Part shown: positions 57,004 to 64,000 of the stretch, piece by piece
How positions within the stretch are numbered: the stretch's first letter is position 1
Layout of the letters: each line of letters opens with the position of its first letter
Source: an uncultured Nitrospiraceae bacterium
Lineage (GTDB): Bacteria; Nitrospirota; Nitrospiria; Nitrospirales; Nitrospiraceae
Length of the DNA: 64,000 nucleotides
Direction of reading: 5' to 3'
Assembly: GCA_963846575.1 (NCBI GenBank)
Contig: CAWJWJ010000001.1
Span: forward strand, 512,001 to 576,000
Notes under the pieces: generated by a model
Told to the model about the DNA's origin: nothing
Database searches by the model: none
The model's input: only the letters and a program-made list of their open reading frames with translations
Program-made: the position numbers and the translations under genes

Positions 57004-58096
57004 CCGTTCTGATGTTCGACACCGGTCTCGATCCCGCTGGGCGCGGGGCCGGTGCACTCTTCTTAGCCCGTTCCGCCTGTCGCACTTGCTTCAATGGCTC
57101 GTCGCAAAGCCGGAACAACAGGTCCTCCATGACGCGGACCGGGGTGCTGCCGCTTCCCCCCTTGAGCTTCGAGTCTGTCTCCATAAACCACTGGAAAGAT
57201 TGTGATAGTTTGGCATCAGAGAACTGCTCCAGAAACCCTCTGACCTGGGCCTGATCCATTCGAAGCGTTCGAGCAGCTTCGCCCTCCCGGCCACCGGACC
57301 TCAGTAGCTCTTTCGTTTTCCACAACCGGCGATATTGCCAAATTAACGCCCCAAGGATGCGTAACGGGGCCTCTCCGTTTTCAACATTCCTGGCAAGAAT
57401 CCGCAACGCCCGGCCATGATTGTGCGCACCGATGGCGTTCATGAGATCGAACACCGAAGCACCGGGCTCCGTTCCCCGAAGTGCTTCCACATCCGCCGGC
57501 TGCGCGATCCGGTCAGACGGCACATAGCTGGCGAGTTTTTCGAGTTCTCTCCGCATGGCATAGAGAGAATCGTTCCCTGCCTCTCTGAGCAACTGCGCCG
57601 CCTCATCGTGAAGGCGCACACCCAGAGTTGCCGCCTCCTGACGGATCCATGCCGCAACCTGCGGATCGCGCAAGGGAGCACAGGACACGGTCATAGCCCG
57701 TTTGGCCAAGGCCTGGGTCCACTTGAGTCGACCGTCCAGCTTCACGGCCGAGATGATCAGCGTCGTGGTCTCGTTAGGCGCCGAGAGGTAGGTCAACAGC
57801 TTCTCGCCTTCCCGCGCCGGGAGCTTCTCAACCGATTTGTAGACAATCACGCGACGAGGGGCGAATACAGGCATTTCTGCGGCGCAGGCCAACACGTCTT
57901 CTATAGAGGATTCGTCCCCGTGGAACACATCGTCATTAAACCCGCTGTCCAGCGCCTCTCCTAACACCGCGTTTCTCAGCAGGGCGATGGATTGATCACG
58001 CAGATAGTCTTCCTCGCCGATGACCGCATAGAGCGGCAGCACCCCGCTTCGCGCCAGGGACTGTGACAATTCCATGCTCATGACCGACATATTCAT
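56987..58096 (-). CDS. holA: DNA polymerase III delta subunit
   Basis: YAVIGEEDYL, MPVFAPRRV, ELEKL and D..LKGG; leuS-lptE-holA synteny. Confidence 0.92.
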   Translation of the reverse strand: MNMSVMSMELSQSLARSGVLPLYAVIGEEDYLRDQSIALLRNAVLGEALDSGFNDDVFHGDESSIEDVLACAAEMPVFAPRRVIVYKSVEKLPAREGEKLLTYLSAPNETTTLIISAVKLDGRLKWTQALAKRAMTVSCAPLRDPQVAAWIRQEAATLGVRLHDEAAQLLREAGNDSLYAMRRELEKLASYVPSDRIAQPADVEALRGTEPGASVFDLMNAIGAHNHGRALRILARNVENGEAPLRILGALIWQYRRLWKTKELLRSGGREGEAARTLRMDQAQVRGFLEQFSDAKLSQSFQWFMETDSKLKGGSGSTPVRVMEDLLFRLCDEPLKQVRQAERAKKSAPAPRPAGSRPVSNIRTVTRKR

Positions 58097-58117
58097 GCGT
58101 GCAGACTCGTTCTGAAA

Positions 58118-58801
58118 CTATCGTGCTGCTTCAGGTTGTGCCCCGTCGGCGGAAGCAGCAGGCGCCTTGATCGGACGCTTCAGGGCCTTCTCTAACTGGC
58201 CACTGTCGAGAAACAGGAGAAACCGCGAGGCCAAATCCTCTGCGACGAACCGGCCCGCTTGCTCCACCGCCCGGTTCTGCAAAACCTGGTTAAACTGCAG
58301 GTCCTGCGTCACAAAAAACTCCGAGGTTCCCTTGGACACCTGAGACCACACGACCTGCCTGGTCTTCGCATCCTCGATCCTCACGCTCACCAGCAGTTCC
58401 ACGCGGCTTTCAAACGTCTCGGTCTGCCCGAAGCTCAAGGTCGGAAGAGAAATCTGCATAATTTGTCCGGAGAGGAAGAGATCGGCGGCAGCGGATGGTC
58501 CGACGATCTGCGTACCCGCTCCGGAAGAAAACTCGCGACGGAGGTAGTTAGCCAGTTTGATTTCAAAATTCGGCTCATAGCTGGTGTTGGCGATGGGAAG
58601 AATCGCAAGGCGCGGCGACTGACGCTGGGCAACCTCGCTTGTGGCACCTCCAACCGTCGGGCCTGCGCCCTGCACCCGGAATTGATAACCGCAGGCGGCC
58701 ATATTCATCGCCATCAGACACCACAGGGCTGTGGCAGCGCACCGGGCAACTCTCCGTCGGGCGGCTGGGCGGACTTCCAGATGGCCTCTTCCTTCTCGCA
58801 C
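58118..58801 (-). CDS. lptE: LPS assembly lipoprotein LptE family
   Basis: Lipobox AACGY; lies between leuS and holA. Confidence 0.85.
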   Translation of the reverse strand: MREGRGHLEVRPAARRRVARCAATALWCLMAMNMAACGYQFRVQGAGPTVGGATSEVAQRQSPRLAILPIANTSYEPNFEIKLANYLRREFSSGAGTQIVGPSAAADLFLSGQIMQISLPTLSFGQTETFESRVELLVSVRIEDAKTRQVVWSQVSKGTSEFFVTQDLQFNQVLQNRAVEQAGRFVAEDLASRFLLFLDSGQLEKALKRPIKAPAASADGAQPEAAR

Positions 58802-58805
58802 GACA

Positions 58806-61241
58806 TCACACCACGAAATTGATCAACTTTTTTTCGACGTAAATGATCTTTTTTGGTTCCTTGCCCTGCAACCATTCCGCAACTTCCTGCAGGGCCAACG
58901 GCTCGATCTGATCGCGGGAAGCCCCGGCGTCGACGTCCAGCTTGCCGCGCAATTTTCCATTGATCTGAATGGGAATCGTCAGCCGGTCGCTAATCACTAA
59001 TGCGGGCTCATACTGCGGCCATGGCTGTTGCCCCGCGCTCGGCGGCTGACCGAGGCGTTCCCATAATTCTTCACTCAGATGCGGCGCGAAGGGCAGGAGC
59101 AGCAAGACGAATGGTTCCAGCAACCGCCGGGGGCGCTGTACCAATTTGGTCATCTCGTTCGTGAAGACCATCATTTGGGAGATGGCGGTATTGAAGCGCA
59201 ATGCCTCGATATCATCGGTAATTTTCTTGATCGTGTAGTGAAGCAATCGCTGCTGCTCCGGCGTGGGCGCCGCGTCGATCACAGCGGGGCTCAAGCCTCC
59301 GTCTTCGCCGATCATCAGCCGCCAGACTCGATCGAGAAACCGCGTGATGCCCTCGACTCCCCGGCTGCTCCAGGGCTTCATCGATTCCAGCGGACCCATG
59401 AACATTTCATAGAGCCGCACCGCGTCGGCCCCGAACTGGTCGATCATCTCATCCGGGTTCACGACATTCCCGCGTGACTTGGACATCTTTTGATTGTCTT
59501 CACCCAGCACGATCCCTTGATGCACCAATTTCTTGAATGGTTCAGGTGTACTGACCACGCCGGCATCGAACAAGACCTTGTGCCAGAACCGGCTATAGAG
59601 CAGGTGCAACACCGCATGCTCGCTGCCGCCTATATAGAGATCGACCGGCATCCAATACCGCTCCTTCTCCGGATCGACCATCTGCCCCGCGTTCTTCGGA
59701 TCGATGAAGCGCAGGTAGTACCAGCAGGAGCCGGCCCACTGCGGCATGGTGTTGGTCTCGCGCCGCGCCGGTTTGCCGCTGACAGGATCAGTACTCGTCA
59801 ACCAGTCTTCGAGATTCGCCAGGGGGCTTTCGCCACTCCCGGATGGTTTGAAATCTTTCGTCTCCGGCAATACGAGGGGCAACTGCTCTTCCGGCAACGG
59901 CCGGGGCTCTCCATCGACCCAGATGATCGGGAATGGTTCGCCCCAGTATCGCTGACGGGCAAACAGCCAGTCACGGAGCTTATAGTTGATCGTCCTCTTG
60001 CCTTTGCCCTTGGTTTCCAGCCAGGCCGTAATTCTAGGAATGGCTTCACCGGGTAACAGACCATCCAAAGAACAGGAGCCGTCTTGGGTCGTGGAGTTGA
60101 TGACCCGGCCCCGTTCGGTGTCGGTGAAGGCCTTCTGCTCGATGTCCCCGCCCGCAATCACTTCGCGAATCGGCAAATGGTACTGCCGGGCAAAGGCCCA
60201 ATCGCGCTCGTCATGGGCGGGCACTGCCATAATGGCTCCCGTGCCGTAACTCATGAGGACGTAATCGGCAATCCAGATCGGCAGACGCTCCTGATTCACG
60301 GGGTTGACGGCATAGCCGCCGGTGAAGACGCCGGTCTTGATCTTGTCCAATTCCTGACGTTGAAGATCGCTCTTGCGGGTCGCCGCGTCTCGGTAGTCCG
60401 AGACCTGCGCCCGCTGCGGCGCAGTCGTGACCACGTCCACGAGAGGATGTTCCGGCGCCACCACCATATAGGTGGCCCCGAACAACGTGTCGGGTCGGGT
60501 TGTGAACACGCGCAAATTGCCGGGAGCATCGGACAATGCAAAATCTACTTCCGCACCGATTGAGCGGCCGATCCAGTTCTTTTGCATCTCCAGGGTACTG
60601 GCCGGCCATTCCACGAATTTCAGATCCTCGAGCAGGCGCTCCGCATAGGCCGTAATCTTCAGCACCCATTGCTTCATCGGCTTGCGGATGACGTCGAACC
60701 CGCCGACCTCGCTTTTGCCGTCCACAATCTCCTCGTTGGCCAGCACCGTCGCCAACGCGGGGCACCAATTCACCGGCACCTCGGCCACATAGGCCAGGCC
60801 CCGATCAAAGAGCTTGAGGAAGATCCACTGCGTCCAGCGATAGTAGTCCTGGTCGGTCGTGCTGAGTTCGCGATCCCAATCGTAAGACAGACCGACCCGC
60901 TTCATCTGACGCTTGAAGGTCGCGATATTTTGGGCGGTGGTGGTGGCGGGATGCACGCCGGTTTTCACCGCATATTGCTCAGCCGGCAGACCGAATGCGT
61001 CCCAGCCCATCGGGTGCAATACGTTAAAGCCACGCATCCGCTTATAGCGGGACACGATATCCGTGGCGGTGTACCCTTCCAGATGTCCGACATGCAGCCC
61101 TGACCCGGATGGGTAGGGAAACATGTCGAGGCAGTAGAACTTGGGCTTGGTGCGATCGTCTATCGCTCGAAACGGACGGTGTGTGTCCCAGTAGGCCTGC
61201 CACTTCGATTCAAGGGCATGGTGATCGTAGGTTTTGCTCAT
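58806..61241 (-). CDS. leuS: Leucine--tRNA ligase
   Basis: [14 protein letters not shown] (HIGH), editing-domain GTG and KMSKS. Confidence 0.99.
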   Translation of the reverse strand: MSKTYDHHALESKWQAYWDTHRPFRAIDDRTKPKFYCLDMFPYPSGSGLHVGHLEGYTATDIVSRYKRMRGFNVLHPMGWDAFGLPAEQYAVKTGVHPATTTAQNIATFKRQMKRVGLSYDWDRELSTTDQDYYRWTQWIFLKLFDRGLAYVAEVPVNWCPALATVLANEEIVDGKSEVGGFDVIRKPMKQWVLKITAYAERLLEDLKFVEWPASTLEMQKNWIGRSIGAEVDFALSDAPGNLRVFTTRPDTLFGATYMVVAPEHPLVDVVTTAPQRAQVSDYRDAATRKSDLQRQELDKIKTGVFTGGYAVNPVNQERLPIWIADYVLMSYGTGAIMAVPAHDERDWAFARQYHLPIREVIAGGDIEQKAFTDTERGRVINSTTQDGSCSLDGLLPGEAIPRITAWLETKGKGKRTINYKLRDWLFARQRYWGEPFPIIWVDGEPRPLPEEQLPLVLPETKDFKPSGSGESPLANLEDWLTSTDPVSGKPARRETNTMPQWAGSCWYYLRFIDPKNAGQMVDPEKERYWMPVDLYIGGSEHAVLHLLYSRFWHKVLFDAGVVSTPEPFKKLVHQGIVLGEDNQKMSKSRGNVVNPDEMIDQFGADAVRLYEMFMGPLESMKPWSSRGVEGITRFLDRVWRLMIGEDGGLSPAVIDAAPTPEQQRLLHYTIKKITDDIEALRFNTAISQMMVFTNEMTKLVQRPRRLLEPFVLLLLPFAPHLSEELWERLGQPPSAGQQPWPQYEPALVISDRLTIPIQINGKLRGKLDVDAGASRDQIEPLALQEVAEWLQGKEPKKIIYVEKKLINFVV

Positions 61242-61454
61242 GATGCTATACAATGCATGGTGATCGTGTGGTTTCGACGAAAGAACGGACGACTCTAGCA
61301 TACACCGTCCGGAGCAACAAGGACGCCGGGGCACAACGGGTCGGTTCGACTACGGCATGACTCCCTGAAACCTGCCGCTTGTTGGAACCTGGCGGGACTA
61401 TCGGTTTGAAATCGGCCGCGGTCACCCTTTGGACTTGGAGAGAACCATCCGCCC

Positions 61455-62075
61455 ATGTATGCAACGTACATTTTCCCGCGACTCATGGACTGGGTGCTGC
61501 GAGGCCAACGTTTCCATACAGAACGGCAGCTCCTGCTTCACTCGGTGCAAGGAAACGTGTTGGAAATCGGCTTCGGTACCGGGCTCAATCTTCCACATTA
61601 TCCCTCCACGATCACGGCCCTGCACACGGTCGATCCTTCACCCATGTTGCCGGACAGGACGACTCGTCGTATCGCCGGCGTAGGGTTTCCCGTCCACCTC
61701 CGGCAGGTCAGTGCTGAACGATTGCCTTATGTGGACGAGACCTTTGATTGCGCCGTCAGCACCTTTACCCTCTGTACGATCCCGGACCCTGTCAGGGCGC
61801 TCCGCGAAGTGCGGCGAGTCCTGAAGCCGGACGGCCGCTTCCTCTTCCTGGAGCATGGCCGCAGCGACGATCCGGGCATCGTCCGATGGCAAGATCGACT
61901 CAATCCTCTTCAAAACCGGATAGGGTGCGGCTGCAATTTGAACCGGCGTATCGATCAACTGGTCGAGGCAGCCGGGCTGCACGTGACAGATCTCAACCGG
62001 TTTCTCCTCCCCGGCGTGCCGAGAATCGCGGCCGAAATGTACCGGGGCTCGGCTGTCCCGCGTGCGGAGCGCTGA
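61455..62075 (+). CDS. Class I SAM-dependent methyltransferase
   Basis: VLEIGFGTG, LCTIPD and RVLKPDG. Confidence 0.92.
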   Translation: MYATYIFPRLMDWVLRGQRFHTERQLLLHSVQGNVLEIGFGTGLNLPHYPSTITALHTVDPSPMLPDRTTRRIAGVGFPVHLRQVSAERLPYVDETFDCAVSTFTLCTIPDPVRALREVRRVLKPDGRFLFLEHGRSDDPGIVRWQDRLNPLQNRIGCGCNLNRRIDQLVEAAGLHVTDLNRFLLPGVPRIAAEMYRGSAVPRAER

Positions 62076-62185
62076 CCTCCGGAGGACGGCGCCGTTCCGG
62101 CGAAATTGAATCCCGGACCGTAATTTTGTACACTCGCCGCGCATTCTCCTGAGTCGGTGTATCTTCACAAGTGGGAGTGAACGAG

Positions 62186-64000
62186 ATGTCACGCTCGCAG
62201 TCATTCCCTGGCGCCCACGTCTCCTCGACTTCCGCTCCTCTTCAACAGACCGACGCGGCCCGGGAAACCAGCCTCTCCGCCCAACGGGTGACGCTGCTCT
62301 ACGAGGCGCTACCCTGGGCGCTCATGGCCAGCAGCGGGTGTGCCCTGGCCGTGGCCTTACTGAACTGGCATGTGCTCCCGCACGACGGTCTGCTCACGTG
62401 GCTGGCGTTCCAGCTCCTACTCAGTGCCGGCAGATATTCGTTGGTCCGCGCGTTCCGAGCCCGAACCATGGTCCCTGCCAGCACTCTGCGCTGGTACCGG
62501 CCGTTCGTGATTGGATCGGCGCTGGCCGGTCTCGGATGGGGGGCCTTTCCGTTATTTCTCTTTCCCGACTCCAGCCCGACTCATCAAGTGTTTCTGGCGT
62601 TTGTGCTGGGAGGGATCGCGGCGGGGGCCTCGTCGACGTTGGCGGCTCGGTTCGACGCCTTTCTTTCCTTCGCCGTGCCGATGCTGCTTCCACTCATCTT
62701 TCGATTCTTCGCCCTCGGCCAGGAGCAAGCCCAGCTGATGGCGATCTGCGCCCTGCTGTTTTCGTTTCTCATGGCGTACACCGCATTCCGCATGTCCCGC
62801 TCCATTTCGGAAGCCTTGCAGCTCAAATACAGCAACGCACAACTCGTGGATCAGCTTTCGGCGCAGTTGAGGGAGGGCGAACAAACCGAGCTGCTGCTCA
62901 ATGTGAACAACGAGCACCACCGATTTATCATGGAGTACGCCCAGGACATTATCTACCGCACCGACCAACGCGGACGCTTCACCTTCATCAACCCGGCCGT
63001 GGTCCGGCTTTTGGGCCATCACGAAACGGAGATGCTCGGACATAATGCGTTGGACTTCGTGCATCCGCAGTACCGCCGTCGCACGGAACAGTTCTACGCG
63101 CGGCAATTTCTGCGGCACATACCCAGCACCTATTACGAGTTCCCCCTGCTCACCAGGACCGGAACAACTGCATGGGTTGGACAAAACGTGCAGTTACTCC
63201 AACGGGATCAGGACGTCATCGGATTCCAAGCGGTATTGCGGGATATTTCCGCCAGAAAGCAGGCCGAGGAGGCACTCCGGTTCAGCCAGGACCGATACCG
63301 CGCGCTTTTCGAAAACAGCCCGGAGATGCTCCTCACGATCAACTCGCAGGGCACCATGCTCGCGGTCAACGCCACCACCGCGTCCGAGCTGGGGTACCAG
63401 ACGACGGAATTGATCGGTTGGCCCGTGAGCATGATCTTTCATCCGGATGATCGGACCCTGGCAGAAGAACAAATGGCCGGCTGTCTCCGGCGGCCGGGTG
63501 AGGTCCTGCGGTGGGAGCTGAGAAAAATAAGACGGGACGGAAGCATTCTCTGGGTTCGAGAGGCTGCCCGAGCGATTCGCAATTCGGACGCGACGTTCGA
63601 CCTCATCATCGTCTGCGAAAATGTCACGGAACGGAAGCTGATCGAGGACACCCTGACGCAGACGCGGCAGCTGCTGGAGTCCATCGTCGAGCACATTCCC
63701 CATATGGTCTTCCTCAAAGACGCAGAAGAACTGCGCTTCGTCCAGTTGAATAAAGCCGGGGAAGAGCTGATCGGACTGCCGCGCGGCGAACTCGTGGGCA
63801 AAAACGACTTCGACTTTTTCCCTCATGACCAGGCCGTCTTCTTCACGAACAAGGATCGCGAGGTGCTCGCCGGCCGCACGGTTCTTGATATTCCGGCCGA
63901 ACCCATCCAGACGAAGAAGTGGGGCATACGATGGCTCCATACCAAAAAAATCCCGCTGTATGATCAAGCCGGCGTGGCCCGTTACCTGCTGGGGATTTCA
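62186..64000 (+). CDS. Membrane sensor with multiple PAS domains (probable kinase or cyclase); 3'-truncated and absent from the ORF track
   Basis: ATG at 62186 after GGGAG; several TM helices, then PAS repeats (DIIYRTDQRGRFTFINPA, RALFENSPE, IVEHIPHMVFLKD); frame open to the window end. Confidence 0.9.
   Translation, partial: MSRSQSFPGAHVSSTSAPLQQTDAARETSLSAQRVTLLYEALPWALMASSGCALAVALLNWHVLPHDGLLTWLAFQLLLSAGRYSLVRAFRARTMVPASTLRWYRPFVIGSALAGLGWGAFPLFLFPDSSPTHQVFLAFVLGGIAAGASSTLAARFDAFLSFAVPMLLPLIFRFFALGQEQAQLMAICALLFSFLMAYTAFRMSRSISEALQLKYSNAQLVDQLSAQLREGEQTELLLNVNNEHHRFIMEYAQDIIYRTDQRGRFTFINPAVVRLLGHHETEMLGHNALDFVHPQYRRRTEQFYARQFLRHIPSTYYEFPLLTRTGTTAWVGQNVQLLQRDQDVIGFQAVLRDISARKQAEEALRFSQDRYRALFENSPEMLLTINSQGTMLAVNATTASELGYQTTELIGWPVSMIFHPDDRTLAEEQMAGCLRRPGEVLRWELRKIRRDGSILWVREAARAIRNSDATFDLIIVCENVTERKLIEDTLTQTRQLLESIVEHIPHMVFLKDAEELRFVQLNKAGEELIGLPRGELVGKNDFDFFPHDQAVFFTNKDREVLAGRTVLDIPAEPIQTKKWGIRWLHTKKIPLYDQAGVARYLLGIS

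Noticed and set aside
1..64000. CRISPR array, rRNA, tmRNA, RNase P RNA, SRP RNA, IS elements
   Set aside because: Manual reading of the intergenic regions showed no repeat-spacer periodicity or signature motifs; a computational scan could still find weak cases.

Overview
About 64 kb of GC-rich bacterial chromosome. The gene set and protein style (many PilZ and FGE-sulfatase-domain proteins, a DUF3015/DUF4105 pair, HDOD/GGDEF genes) suggest Nitrospira or a relative; this is inference, not verified. Housekeeping genes include polA, nth, rpsU, hemD, tdh-kbl, mlaA, pyrF, rpsT, holA-lptE-leuS and tRNA-His. They are mixed with accessory modules: a DsrE/TusA sulfur relay, an FtcD fusion, an orphan Rieske oxygenase, three FGE-domain proteins lacking the catalytic cysteines, a glycosylglycerate-type osmolyte locus, c-di-GMP genes, an ECF sigma triplet and a truncated multi-PAS sensor at the right edge. 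I found no CRISPR array, integrase, transposase or reverse transcriptase. The best candidates for new biology are: (1) a CmlA-like diiron MBL-fold monooxygenase with no NRPS in the window, in a VOC/MBL/epimerase operon; (2) a 1588-aa TPR/acidic-disordered/TM/periplasmic protein with recurrent P-W-[DE] motifs, laid out like a mirror image of FimV/HubP; (3) a DUF4105 papain-like domain fused to an outer-membrane barrel, with its DUF3015 partner. Two frameshifted genes, several leaderless-type starts and an in-frame duplication of the leuS 5' end are visible directly in the sequence.
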